The notes beneath the pieces are model-generated. The model did no database searches, was not told the DNA's origin, and saw only the letters and a program-made list of their open reading frames with translations. From assembly GCA_964016885.1 (NCBI GenBank), contig OZ024756.1, forward strand, positions 35,650,001 to 35,714,000: 64,000 nucleotides of DNA, in the 5' to 3' direction. Every line of letters begins with the position of its first letter. Position 1 is the stretch's first letter. Source of the DNA: Eledone cirrhosa (lineage: Eukaryota). Below are positions 1 to 14,396 of this stretch, one piece after another. The position numbers and the translations under genes are program-made.

Positions 1-715
1 TACAGACACGGGCGCCCGGGCAGGGATCCCTCAAAAAAGATTTGCCCTAGATGCGTGCGTCACGAAGAAACCGTGGCGCACGCATTGGTGCAATGTCCTG
101 GCGTGGCTGATCTGTGGGGCTACGCCGAACAACTGCTGTCGAGGGTGGCGCCGATTAAATTGACCGCCGAGTCCGTGATGACAATCAAACCGCCTCCCCT
201 CTTCACAAAGGAAGCAAAGGCGGTTTTTCTGTGCGTAATAGCCATGTTGAAAGAGGTTGTTTGGTGGACACGATTGAAAGGTCTGAGGTCAGGCAACTTC
301 CTCTCTGGCCATAGTCTGGTCTACTTCTTCCGATATCACTTCGGAAGAAGGATAAGAATGGAGAGAGAGGTGCTTGGCCACAGGCAGTTTTATGAAAGGT
401 GGGTGATAGTGGCGAGAATGGCTCGTGTAAATGGGCCTTCTCTGTATACCATCCTGTAGGTAAAGAAGTAAAGGAGAGGGGAGCACCTTCTCCATGTGCT
501 CCCCGGGCAAAGGATTGCACACTTTTTCGGGGGTGTGTGCAACCCCCATCACGTCCCCTCCCTTTTGAGGTTATTTTCGATGATTTTCATGTTACACCCT
601 TTTTACTCGATTATATGTAAACTCCCCCTTTGTATTTGTCCCTTCTTTTTATGCCTTTATGGTAAATAAAGAAATCTATCTATATGCTTGTCTATCTATC
701 TATCTATTCATCTAG
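1..715 (+). mobile_element. 3' end of L1/Tx1-clade non-LTR retrotransposon (ORF2 C-terminal CCHC finger, 3'UTR, AATAAA, (ATCT)n)
   Basis: Frame reads KKICPRCVRHEETVAHALVQCP = C-x2-C-x8-H-x4-C, the zf-RVT-type knuckle of L1/Tx1 ORF2; stop at 459; AATAAAGAA at ~665 followed by ctat repeats. Confidence 0.75.
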
Positions 716-1309
716 ATATCGGTCTATTTATCTATGTATATTTGCATATGTATATATATGTATGTATATATATATATATATATATATGTATATGCAAATA
801 CATATATATATATATACGCACACATACACACACGCACACACACACATATATATATATATATACATGAGTGTGCGTGTACACACACACACACACACATATC
901 TGCGTAAATTTATCAATATTAGACATTTCTGAGACAACTTCACTTCCACTCAAACACTTCTACCACCGCCACCACCATCACCTCCACATCCAGACACTCC
1001 TACTCTTACTACCTCCACATATCGACCCCCCCCCCCCACCACCACCACCATCAAACACACCTCCCTATATACCCTGCTATACTAATACTTTCAAGTTGTC
1101 CCTCATTGAAATTTATTCAATGAGTCCCAAAGTCTTGAGGAATTTGCCATTTGCTCGTTAATTTCATTAATTTGTGAGAGGTAATTAGATTGGGTTTGGG
1201 AAATTCTTGACTAAAACAACTACTGAGGCTAGAAAAGAATTGGACAGCTGAAGGAATAACAACGGTTTTAGGAATTGGTCGGGGATAGAGGTAGAGGGGG
1301 GGAGGGGAT

Positions 1310-1812
1310 TTGGGGTTTCAAAAGGTAAATAGCGTTGCACACACACACGCATACTCACACTCACACACATACACTCACGCGCACATACACACATACACAT
1401 AGACAGAAGTAGTAGGGAGGGGGAGTTAGTTGGGGTTTCAAAAGGTAAATAGCGTTGCACACACACACGCATACTCACACTCACACACATACACTCACGC
1501 ACACATACACACATACACATAGACAGAAGTAGTAGGGAGGGGGAGTTAGTTGGGGTTTCAAAAGGTAAATAGCGTTGCACACACACACAGAGATTCACAT
1601 GCATATACACACATACACATACACACATACACACATACACACCCAGGCAGACAGAAGTGGGAGTTATGTTGGGTTTCAAAAGGTAAATGCATTGCATACA
1701 CACACACACACATACATACACACACACACACATACACACACACACACACACGCACACATGAGTTGGGGATTATTTGGCGTTTCAAAAGGTAAATAGCATT
1801 GCATACACACAG

Positions 1813-1852
<40 letters not shown>

Positions 1853-1965
1853 ATACACACACACATACACACACACACACACACACTCACTCACAGACTG
1901 AAGTGTGGCGGGGGGGGGGGGTTATGTTGGGTTTCAAAAGGTAAATAGCATTGCACACACACACA
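1310..1965. repeat. Compound minisatellite, ~120-bp period, 6 copies
   Basis: Core gggtttcaaaaggtaaatagc(g/a)ttgcacac recurs at ~1312, 1432, 1552, 1671, 1778 and 1929, separated by (CA)-rich tracts. Confidence 0.9.
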
Positions 1966-2060
1966 CAGATACACATGCACACTCGTGCACACACTCAGAT
2001 ACATATGCACACTCATGCACACACAGAGATACGCACGCAAATACATACACAAACTCAGAG

Positions 2061-3182
2061 CTAGCTAACTAGATAGATAGGTTGGTAGACAGACAGACAG
2101 ACAGACAGATAGATAAATAGATAGACAGATAGATAGATTTCTTTATTAGCCACAAGGGCACAAAAGAAGGGGACAAATACAAATGGAGAGTTTACATACA
2201 GGTATATGAAAATAAAACTATTAATAAAACAACAAATAACAATTGAAATCCCCAATAGGGGGGAGGCGTTACACAGGGGTTGTACACACCCCGAAAAAAT
2301 GTACAACCCTCATCTCCAGGAGTACCAAGAGCGAGTACTCCCTTCCTCTCTTCCTCTTTTTCCTCAAGATAGATAGACAGCCAGATAGATATATTTCTTT
2401 ATTAGCCACAAGGGCGCACAAGAAAAGGGGACAAAACAAAGACATGCCAGGGATTTTATATACAGTCGTGTAAAAAAATATAAAACAAACAATTATAACA
2501 GTCGAAATCCCCAATAGGGGGGAGGCGCCACAAATGGGTTGTTTAATACCCCGTAGATAGAACAACCCTCAACTTCAGGAGCGTGTTGTGCAAGTGCTCC
2601 TTTCTTCCTTTTGCTCTCTTCTTCAGCCTACAGGTTTATATACAGAGAAGGCCCAATCACTCGGGCCATTTTTGCCACATTCTTAGATAACTTTCTTTTT
2701 ATTTGCCACCAGGGCATCAAAGAGTGGGACAAGTATAATGGGGGGAGTTTACATAACAAGGCGTCCTCAATAAGGAGGAGGCAATAACAAAATATAAAAA
2801 TATAAAAATATAAAAATATAACAAAAATAAATTGAATAACAAAATCCTCAATAGGGAGGAGGCGCCTTGGGGGGGTCGCACACACCCCTGAAAAAAGTGT
2901 GCAACCCTTCTCAGGAGCACAGAGAGAGGGTGCTCCCTTTATCTTTCGTCTTTCTCACCTACAGTCTGATGTAGAGTGAAGGCCCACTCACACGGGCCAT
3001 TCTCGCCACTTTCACCCATCTTTCATAAAAACGGGTGGGGTACAGCACCTCTCTCTCCATCCTGATCCTTCTTTCGAAATGATATCAGAAGAAACGGACC
3101 AGTTGTTGGCCAGAGAGAAAGGTGTCTGACCTCAGTCCTTTCAGACGCGTCCACCATACCTCTTTCACCATAGATAGATAGA
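2061..3182 (-). mobile_element. Three tandem 5'-truncated Tx1-like LINE 3' ends (~2136-2368, ~2390-2683, ~2690-3170), same family as 1-715
   Basis: Reverse strand 2958-3170 reads MVKEVWWTRLKGLRSDTFLSGQQLVRFF*YHFERRIRMEREVL...VARMARVSGPSLY, matching ORF 55-459; each copy ends in aataaa(a)gaaa and abuts (ATCT)n-like sequence. Confidence 0.8.
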
Positions 3183-3228
3183 TGGACACACATACAGACT
3201 GGCTTTGTGTCTCAGTTTTTTTCTCTCA

Positions 3229-4056
<828 letters not shown>

Positions 4057-4399
4057 TATATATACATCAGTGTGTGTAAATCTATTTTCCAATTTCAGTG
4101 GAGCCGGCGCCTGTTACCCCAATCCACCAATGTTAACCCAGGGGTAAATCATTCATTATATTCTGGTGGCCCTTCCTCATGATTTGTGTCTCTATCCTAG
4201 CCTCACCCTCATGTCAGTCTCTCTCTCTCTCTCGCTCTATCTCTCTCTCTCTCTCTCTATGTTACTTCTGTCATTCTCTCTCTCTCTCTCTCTCCTCCTC
4301 TCACCTCAACCATCACCTGTTAATATGCTTCTCTTCCCCCCACCATATTGTAAGTTATTCAGTCTTCCCTGGTGATACATGCATCCATGTTATTGTTCA

Positions 4400-5215
4400 G
4401 TACCACTGCCACCATCACTGCTACCGCCATACCACCACCACCACCACCACCACCACCGCCATACCACCACCACCACCACCACCACCACCATACTACCACC
4501 ATATGACGACCATCATCACCACAAATACCATACCTCACCATCACACCACTAACACTATACCACCACGATCACCACCACCGCCATACCACTACCGCCATGC
4601 AACCACCACTATCACCACAACGTATCATCACCAACACCATATCACCACCACCATCACCACAACCATACCACCACCACCATCACACCTCCACCACCATCAT
4701 ACCTCCACCACCACCATACCTCCACCACCATACCATCACCACCACCATCACCACCACCATCACCACACCTCCACTACCACCACCGCCACCACCACCATGC
4801 CTCCAGCACCTCCACCACCACCATACCACCACCATACAGCCACCACCACCATCACCATGCCACCACCACCACCACCACCACCATACCTCCACCACCACCA
4901 CCATACCTCCAGCACCACCACCATACCTCCACCACCACCATCATACCTCCACCACCACCATACCTCCACCACCATACCATCACCACCACCATCACCACCA
5001 CCATCACCACACCTCCACTACCACCACCGCCACCACCACCGCCACCACCACCATGCCTCCAGCACCTCCACCACCACCATACCACCACCATACAGCCACC
5101 ACCACCACCACCATGCCACCACCACCACCACCATACCTCCACCACCACCACCATACTTCCACCACCACCACCATACCTCCACCACCACCACCATACCTCC
5201 AGCACCACCACCATT
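4400..5215. repeat. (CAC/CAT/CTC)n trinucleotide low-complexity tract with an internal ~255-bp duplication
   Basis: Direct reading; block ending cacacctccactaccaccaccgcc...atgcctccagcacc occurs twice. Confidence 0.85.
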
Positions 5216-6329
5216 GTTAACCCCTTCAATGTATCCCATCAACCCAGTATATTTTTATTTATTTATGTTGTTTTATTTTTCTTATTGTGATCTTTTGCGT
5301 GTGTGTGTATTTTTTTTTTAATTATCTTTTACCAAATTTGGTCATTTCTCGATCAATATCTGCTACATGTTTTACGCCACATGTTTCACACACTCAGCTA
5401 TTGCCATATTTGGCTCGGTAACTGATCCATGAATACCTGCTCCCTGTTTGTATCATATCACCTTGCTGTGCTTCATTACATCATGTTCACTCATGCATGC
5501 TACTTCCACACTTCACTGACGCCATGTGGCCACCATGTATGCTTCTTCCACACTTCACCGACTCCATGTGGCAACATGTATGCTTCTCGCTGTTTGTTTG
5601 GTGTGGATTCCTTCTTCAGCCATCACCTGTTCTCTTTAGTTTTGCTGGCTCCATGTTTGATCCTACTTCCTGCTCCATGTTTCACATGTACCTATGCTAC
5701 ATTCAGTCTTAATTGCTCCATGTCTGACCTTGCTGGCTCCACGTCTGTCTGACCTTTCTTGCTCCATGTGTTTCTCCAAGCCTGCTCCTTGTTTGCTCCA
5801 TGTTTAACCCTGTTGTTCTGCTCCATGTCTGATGTGACTGCTCTGTTCAACGTTGCCTGTCCATTTAAATTGTATCAACTCTTCTCTGTTCGACTCTGTC
5901 TTGTCTTGTCTTGTCTTGTCTTGTCCATGTTCTTAACCTCTAACTGAGCTGTGGCCATGCTGGGGCACCACCTTCAAAGCTCTAAAACCCAAACTGCTTT
6001 TCATCCTGCCACATGTTTGTCACGTCAACTCCACAATTCATCATCACTGGCTCCTAATTAAGCCATAATTAGTGTCAGCAATGTATATCCATGTCCCAGC
6101 TACATATTTGATTGTATAGATTCCATGTTTCACTATATTTCCTTCATGTTTTAACCGTTTTTTGCTACATGGCCATTGCTACGCTACCCTCAGTTACACA
6201 CTTATATTGCTCCATGTCTAACAAATGTTTTCTATAACATCTTCTACCCATATATCAGCTTAATATCTAGATATGGGCCTACTTCACCTTGTATACCATA
6301 TCACATGGTATTTGCTTCATGTATAATGA

Positions 6330-7430
6330 TGTTGTTTGTTGTACTTAACCATAACAGCTTATTGCACTTAACCAGCTTGATGTTACTTAACCATAACAGT
6401 GTATTGCATTTAACCTTAACAGTCTATTGTTTTTAAACTTAACAGTGTATTGTACTTAACTATAACAGCTTATTGCACTTAACCATAACAGTGCATTTTA
6501 TTTAACCAGTGTATTGTATTTAACTACAACAGTGTATTTTATTTAACTGCAACAGTGTATTTTATTAAACTATAACAGTGTATTTTACTTAACTTTGAAT
6601 GTATTTTATTTAACCTTAACAGTGTATTTTATTTAACTGCAACAATGTATTTTATTTAACTGCAACAGTGTATTTTATTTAACTACAGTAGTGTATTTTA
6701 TTTAACTGAAACAGTGTATTATTACTTAACCTTGAGTGTATTTTATTTAACTACAACAGTGTATTTTATTTAACCTTAACGGTGTATTTTATTTAACTAC
6801 AACAGTGTATTTTATTTAACTACAACAGTGTATTTTATTAAACTACAACAGTGTATTTTACTTAACCTTAACGGTGTATTTTATTTAACTACAACAGTGT
6901 ATTTTATTAAACTACAACAGTGTATTTTACTTAACCTTAACAGTGTATTTTATTTAACTACAACAGTGTATTTTATTAAACTACAACAGTGTATTTTACT
7001 TAACCTTAACGGTGTATTTTATTTAACTACAACAGTGTATTTTATTTAACCTTAACAGTGTATTTTATTTAACTACAACAGTGTATTTTATTTAACTACA
7101 ACAGTGTATTTTATTAAACTGCAACAGTGTATTTTACTTAACCTTAACGGTGTATTTTATTTAACTACAACAGTGTATTTTATTTAACCTTAACAGTGTA
7201 TTTTATTTAACTACAACAGTGTATTTTATTTAACTACAACAGTGTATTTTATTAAACTACAACAGTGTATTTTACTTAACCTTAACGGTGTATTTTATTT
7301 AACTACAACAGTGTATTTTATTAAACTACAACAGTGTATTTTACTTAACCTTAACAGTGTATTTTATTTAACTACAACAGTGTATTTTACTTAACCTTAA
7401 CAGTTTTATTTAACTACAACAGTGTACTTT
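6330..7430. repeat. 21-22-bp AT-rich minisatellite (aacagtgtattttatttaactac / ...aaccttaac)
   Basis: Dozens of near-identical units, degenerate at the left edge. Confidence 0.95.
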
Positions 7431-7631
7431 ATTTAGGATTAATACAGCATATTTATGAGTTATTGCATGTACACTGTATTGATGTATATTTGATATACAT
7501 ATATAACCTGCTTTCAATACTGTATGCTTTGCCTAAATATACATTGTACATAATGTTGAGCTAATAATATATGATATATGATATATTTGATATATATATG
7601 TGTGTGTGTGTGTGTGTATGTGTGCTATATA

Positions 7632-7678
<47 letters not shown>

Positions 7679-7710
7679 GATATATATATGATATATATAT
7701 ATATATGATG

Positions 7711-7776
<66 letters not shown>

Positions 7777-8029
7777 ATATATGCATATATATATGACCTG
7801 ACTTCAGTACTTATTCTGTATGCTCTACATAAATATTTAGTGTACACAATATTGATGTAATAACAATAATAACAATATAAGATATATATGTATGTATATA
7901 TGTATGTGTGTGTGTGTGTGTATGATATATATATATATGGTTGATCTGCTTTTAATGGTGGATGTTTTACCTAAATATGTAACGTTTCCTCATAACATAC
8001 AATGTTTAAAAATCTATGAATATTTTCAG

Positions 8030-8096
8030 GCTACAGCCCGAGAGCAAAGTTTAAAGGAACAGGGAAGACGAAACACCTTGATAGTGGCTGAAGGAG
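8030..8096 (+). CDS. Nav2: Nav2/DSC1-type voltage-gated cation channel, exon in I-II linker (ATAREQSLKEQGRRNTLIVAEG)
   Basis: Acceptor tattttcag|G, donor GAG|gtaagt, 67 nt; ends in phase 1, matching the next exon (G|AT = Asp); contains an RRNT PKA-type motif. Confidence 0.75.
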
Positions 8097-8284
8097 GTAA
8101 GTGGGTGCAGTTCTTATATTCATCTAGATTTCTTTCTAAACCACAAGGCTCTTAACTATGTATACAAAATGTATATATATATATATAGAATCGAGATGAT
8201 ATAGCAAGCATATCTGACAACCTTTCGATTGCAGAGTCAGGTTCGATCTATAATAGGTCTTGCCTCGAGCTGATTGATAGTGAA

Positions 8285-8519
8285 ACACAAAAAACACACA
8301 GTCCACGCTGTAATGTGGCCGTGTAGGCAACACGGTAAAAACCTCCCAGCCCCACACTGTAAATGTGGTTGGTGTTAGGAAGGGCATCCAGCTGTAGAAA
8401 ACCCGCCAGACAGTCCTATGCGAGCAATGACAACCACTCTTGCCTCAAGTGGGAAAACTCCCGTCCAAACCCATGCAAGCGTGGAACATGGACGTTAAAC
8501 GATGATGATGATGATGATA
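8285..8519 (+). mobile_element. SINE-like repeat with ggtgttaggaagggcatccagctgta core and RTE-type (GAT)n tail
   Basis: Near-identical to 23560-23822 and to reverse copies at ~9815-10080, 21620-21795 and 30840-31100. Confidence 0.8.
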
Positions 8520-8657
8520 TGGTGTGATGCAACACTGAATCCTTGTTCCTTATCCATATAATGTTATACTCTGCTCTGCGCGAGCATCGAGTGCTCAACC
8601 GGCATACTGCCTATGGACACAATTTTCTTGCAACCATACAACTATGTATATATATAT

Positions 8658-8850
8658 AATTGTTTCTACTTTTGGCACAAGGCCAGCAATAATCCCAGTG
8701 TATTACTGGTACTTTGTTTTATCAACCCCTGTAAGGGTGAAAGGCAAAGTTAACCTCGGCGGGATTTGAACTCAGATCATAAAGGGACGTAGCTCTTTGC
8801 TGCAAAGCATGGAGTCCGACCCTCTACCGATACTGCCAATCCACCGCCTT
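8658..8850 (-). mobile_element. Abundant octopus-type SINE (family B: ctgagttcaaatcccgccgaggttaactttgcctttcatcc...aagtaccag...ggccttgtgcc)
   Basis: B-box-like GAGTTCAAATCC; other copies at ~13135-13280, 19020-19335, 25031-25213, 37302-37515, 39715-39890, 46785-46975, 48170-48325 and 55590-56155. Confidence 0.8.
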
Positions 8851-8921
8851 TATTACATATATGTATATATAATAAAGAGGAAAATGCGAAGTTGCAGATG
8901 TTAGGGTCCTTTATTAATTGA

Positions 8922-8972
8922 GCTGTTATACATATTTCAATGACAATAGATATCGTGATTTCTTCAGACAGC
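8922..8972 (-). ncRNA. Minimal type-I hammerhead ribozyme motif in the left arm of an inverted repeat (~8870-9115)
   Basis: Reverse strand: GCTGT-CTGAAGA-AATCACGAT.ATCT.ATTGTCATT-GAA-ATATGTAT-A-ACAGC; helix I GCTGT/ACAGC. Confidence 0.75.
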
Positions 8973-9385
8973 AAAAACACACACATATTTTAGTCCTCTC
9001 CCTTCCGCCCAAAATTGCCTTGGGAAAAGATATTGATCGTCATTGAAATATGTATAACAGCTCAATTACTAAAGGACCCTGACATCTTCAACTTCATATT
9101 TTCCTCTTTATTAATATACTCCGTCATCCTTGTTTTAGGAAGTAATATGACGTTGAGTGCTAGAAGTGAATTGCATCCTTGTATACCGAATATATATATA
9201 TATATATATATATATACTGTACCTATAAGTCGCGGATAAGAAGCTATATCATTTATCTATTGTTTCTTCATAAGTACATTTTAAACTTATAGCCTCGTTT
9301 AAATGATTTTTTTTGTGTGGTTGATTTATACTGATTGGGAGGAGAAATACTGTATATATTTTATCTAATGGTTCTATGGACTTAC

Positions 9386-9434
<49 letters not shown>

Positions 9435-9763
9435 GGAGGCACATGGCTTAGTGGGTAGAGCATTGGCCTTGCAATCGAAAGGTTGTGAGTTCAATTCTCA
9501 GACCAGGTGATGTGTTGTTTCCTTGAGCAAGACACTTTATTTCACATTGCTCCAGTTTACTCAGCTGTAGAAATGAGATGATAGGGACTGGGGTCCATAT
9601 CATTCCACTGCAAAGTGGTCGTGGAGGTGCCACGGCAAAAAAAAGCACCCAGCACTCACTGTAAATGAGGTTGGTGTTAGGAAGGGCATCCAGCTGTAGA
9701 AATCAAGCCAGAATCAGTTCCTTGCAAGCAGGGAAAAGCGGACGTAAAATGAAATGATGATGA
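9435..9763 (+). mobile_element. tRNA-derived CORE-type SINE (family A), full length
   Basis: A box TGGCTTAGTGG, B box GAGTTCAATTC, CORE-like gtgttgtttccttgagcaagacactt, RTE-type tail ggacgtaaaatga..gatgat; reverse full copy at 58740-59084. Confidence 0.85.
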
Positions 9764-10078
9764 TATATTGTTATACTTTGGGAGGACGATGCTGCCAATA
9801 TTATATATATATATATATCATCATCATCATCATATTTTAACGTCTATCTTCCACACTAGCATGGGTTAGACGGGAGTTGTCCCACTTGAGGCAAGATTGG
9901 TCAGGTGACTGTGTCTCACTCGTATAGGACTATCTGGCAGGTTTTCTATGGCTGGATGCCCTTCCTAACACCAACCACATTTACAGTGTGGACTGGGAGT
10001 TTTTTACCGTGTTACATACACGGCCACATTACAGCGTGGACTGTGTGTTTTTTTGTTGTGACACCTACACGATCTCAT

Positions 10079-10175
<97 letters not shown>

Positions 10176-10214
10176 CATATATACATATATATATATATAT
10201 ACATATATATATAC

Positions 10215-10245
<31 letters not shown>

Positions 10246-10365
10246 CATACATATATATATGTACGGCAACACTCATCTTTTTCCATTTCTCTGAGGGTTA
10301 TAAACCCCACTATCAGGCTAGAAATGTCTTTAGTCTAAAATACAGTGAAAGCTTATAATTTCTAA

Positions 10366-10404
<39 letters not shown>

Positions 10405-10922
10405 ATAGTTGAGACAGTAAACAAAAAACAAAAAAAACAACATGGAAGGGAAGAGTTTCACGCTTGAGAGTGGGGCGTGGGGGAGAAAAGTGGGCAGGAA
10501 AAGAGTTCCAAGGGTGTGAGGGGGAGAGTGGTGGAAAGACATTTAAAGGGGGGGGGGTAGAGAAAAGGGAGGATAAAAAAATTAAAATGAAATAAGTGGT
10601 TTAAAGGTGTGAGGTGTGTAGGGGTGGTGGTGAGTGGAGAGGGTGGAGATGGGCGAGGGAGCCGGGGGTTCCGAGTGGAGGAAGGCTAAAGGCGGTGTGT
10701 GTGTGTGTGTGTGTAGGTGTACGTGTGTGTGTGTGTGTGTGTGTGTGGATGTGAATGTGAGAGTTGGGGGAAGAACGAGGTTCCATGTTTGGGTAATAGG
10801 GAAATCAGTGTGTAAATGGGGTGGGGTGAAAGTCGGTGTGTGTGCGCGTGTGGATGGAGAGGGGTCAGAGGGGGCGTGTGGAGTCCGGAGGATGAGTGTG
10901 TGTATGTGGGGATACACACACA

Positions 10923-10961
<39 letters not shown>

Positions 10962-10989
10962 GCATACATACATACATATATATATATAC

Positions 10990-11468
10990 ATACACACACA
11001 TATATACACATATATATATTTATATATATGTATATACATACACACACATATATACACATATATATATTTATATATATGTATATACATACACACACATATA
11101 TACACATATATATATTCATATATATATATATACATACACACACATATATACACATATATATATTTATATATATGTATATACATACACACACATATATACA
11201 CATATATGTATTTATATATATGTATATACATACACACACATATATACACATATATGTATTTATATATATGTATATACATACACACACATATATACACATA
11301 TATGTATTTATATATATGTATATACATACACACACATATATACACATATATGTATTTATATATATGTATATACATACACACACATATATACACATATATA
11401 TATTTATATATATGTATATACATACACACACATATATACACATATATGTATTTATATATATGTATATA
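10990..11468. repeat. 48-bp minisatellite built from TA/CA microsatellite
   Basis: Unit tacatacacacacatatatacacatatat(a/g)tatttatatatatgtata, ~10 copies. Confidence 0.85.
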
Positions 11469-12650
11469 TTAGTAATTAAGAGGTCAGTTTAAAATGCTAT
11501 TTTTTTACTTTTACATCTCTAATTACATTTTCACAATAAATGTAATTACATTTTTAGATATTGACATTTTAACATATAGTTAATAAAATTTCTCCTTGTT
11601 ATGGTCCCATTACATTCTACTTTAATTCAATGGGACAGCCTAGAAGTCTAAATATATTCCTCCACTTCACCACACTCCACTCTCTGTCTAGAACTTTCTT
11701 TATGTATGTATTTATAAATGTATGTAAGTATTTCTATAAATATATATAAATACATAAACATACATACATATATAAATACATACATACACACACATACATA
11801 TATACATTCATACATACATACATACACGCACATACATATATACATTCATACATACATACATACATACACACACATATATACATTCATACATACATACATA
11901 CACACACGTACATATATACATTCATACATACATACATACACACACATACATATATACATTCATACATACATACATACACACACGTACATATATACATTCA
12001 TACATACATACATACACACACGTACATATATACATTCATACATACATACATACACACACATACATATATACATTCATACATACATACATACACACACGTA
12101 CATATATACATTCATACATACATACATACACACACACATACATATATATATACATTCATACATACATACACGTGTGGGTGCACACTAACACACACAAATA
12201 CACACACATAAATACACACATACATATACACATACAAATATATACGTGACTGTTTACAGTCATGCGATAGCTAAAATTATTTTAAGCAAAGACAGAGAAA
12301 TGAAAACAGCTTTTTCTACTTTTATTAAAAAATTTTAGTTCAATAATTTTCGTTGATTGGTCAGGGAGGAGTCGGGGTCGGAGAAGGAAGGAGGGAGAAG
12401 GAGGGGGGTAATATGTAGGGGAAGGTGGGGATGTGGTTATTTTCAGGTTTGTCATGTTTGGAATCAGTCAACTATTGCAGTGCTACTACAACTTGTGTGG
12501 AATAATTTTGTAAAATATTTTTATTTTTAGATTTTAAAAATATATTTTATAGAATTTCAGAGTTGTACATTATCTGAGAATGTGTTGAAACTGAAGCAGG
12601 TACACTGCGGAAGAGTCATTTTAGCCATTTTAAAAACACATAAAACTGAT

Positions 12651-12875
12651 TTAACCCTTTAGCTTTTCAACTGGTGATATCCAGCCTGAATTCTCTCACC
12701 TCTTTCTGTTCAAACTGGCTGTAACAGGCCATACTGATGTTAAGGTATTGTTCTCAAAATAAATAATATCAAAATCTCATAGATTCGATATTATGTGAGA
12801 TAATTATGTGAGGTAAAGCCTTTACCACAAAATTACAATAGTATATATAGAGTAATGGAAATGCTAAAGGATTAA
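12651..12875. mobile_element. Non-autonomous piggyBac-like MITE (~220 bp)
   Basis: Family termini TTAA-CCCTTTAGCATT...AATGCTAAAGGG-TTAA; copies at 13842-14070, 18928-19533, 31291-31725 (x2), 37770-37974 and 54790-54974. Confidence 0.75.
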
Positions 12876-13421
12876 ACAACAGGTAGTGTTGTGGGTTCGA
12901 TTCCTGGGCTGGGTTGTATGTTGTGTTCTTGAACAAAACACTTCATTTCAAGTTTCTCCGGTATACTCTGCTGAAAATGAGTACCAGCAATAGCTGGGGG
13001 TTTGACCCTTTATGGACGGGTGTCCTGTCCAGGGGGAAGTCTTGTACTCTCTGTCACTTCACCCCATGAAACCGGAATAAGCACTGGCCTAACAAGCCTT
13101 AAATGGCTTAAAACAGACTTTTTTAGACTGCCCCTGGACTGATACTTCATTTTTATCAGCCATGGAAAGATGAAAGGCAAAGTTGACCTCAACAAGATTT
13201 GAACTCTGTGTGCAAACAGCCAGAATAAATACTGCAATACATTTTACTCTACCCTCTAACAAGTCTGTTAAATCACTGACTAATACCATTTAAGATAAAG
13301 TTTATAGAAAAACATATGAAATCAGTGAAGTGGAAATATGCCATCATGTCCAGAATCACTCAACCATAACTGATTGTTAATTTCCTTTTGTTTTGTCTTT
13401 GTTTTTTTTTTTCTGCGACAG

Positions 13422-13675
13422 ATACCAATCAATGCAACAATTCTAACTTGGAAGATTCTCAGCTTCATGATCAAAACTGTTCTTGTTGCAAAAAATGTTG
13501 CCAGTGCTGTTTCACTCCTTGGATGAGAATTCAGTCGTATGCTCATTTTATCATTTCTGATTCATTTACGGATGTCTTCATCATCTTCACCATCGTTCTG
13601 AATACCGTGTTCTTGGCTATGGAACATCATGGTATGTCTATGGGATTGAAACATGTCCTCAAGTTTGCAAATTAT
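13422..13675 (+). CDS. Nav2: Nav2-type channel exon: Cys-rich end of I-II linker plus IIS1
   Basis: cag|AT...TAT|gtaagt; DQNCSCCKKCCQCCFTPWMRIQ...DSFTDVFIIFTIVLNTVFLAMEHHGMS...LKFANY, a typical DII S1. Confidence 0.95.
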
Positions 13676-13747
13676 GTAAGTATCGCATGCTTTCTAACTT
13701 TTGCTCGTGTTTTTAGTCACCATATAGTGGTTTTGTTTGTGCAATAA

Positions 13748-14070
13748 TTCAACCCTTTAGCATTTAAACCGACCAAATCTGGCCAGAGTTCTCTCACCTC
13801 TTTCTGTTCAAACCGGCTGTAACTGGCCACTCATACTGACATTAACCCTTTAGCATTTAAACTGACCATATCTGGCCAGAATTCTCTCACCTCTTTCTGT
13901 TCAAACCGGCTGTAACTGGGTGCTTATACTGATATTAAGGTATCATTTTCAAAATTAATAATATCAAAATCTCATAGATTTGACATAACGTGAGATAATA
14001 ATGTGAGATAAAGCCCTTATTGTGAAAATACAATAGTATATATAGAGTAATGTAAATGTTAAAGGGTTAA
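13748..14070. mobile_element. piggyBac-like MITE (partial copy plus full copy)
   Basis: ttaaccctttagcatttaaac at 13842 ... aatgttaaagggttaa at 14070; partial 5' duplicate at 13748. Confidence 0.75.
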
Positions 14071-14335
14071 TGATTTCCTCACTAATTAGAATGCAATAAG
14101 GGATAAGGGAATATAGCCTGGATAGGAATACTGCATATATGTTAATCGGATACATATATAGACATGGTGTATATAGTGACAGATAGATATATAGATATAC
14201 TGTGTATATATTGACTTGATATATAGAGAGAGCAAGAGAGACATGGTATATCTATTGATTAGATATATAGACACAGTGAATATAGTGATTGGATAGATAT
14301 AGATACATGATATAAATATATAGTGATTGGACCGA

Positions 14336-14369
<34 letters not shown>

Positions 14370-14396
14370 TCGTTATTACTTCTTGTTGTTTGAATT

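Noticed and set aside
1310-1965. CRISPR-like repeat-spacer appearance
   Set aside because: Eukaryotic context, spacers are homologous CA tracts, and there are no cas genes
4179-5321. 380-aa Pro/His/Thr-rich extensin-like ORF
   Set aside because: (CAC)n low-complexity tract that is open in several frames
9435-9510. Possible tRNA gene (GCA anticodon-like loop)
   Set aside because: Acceptor stem does not close, and it continues into CORE and LINE-tail sequence in several copies, so it is a SINE head
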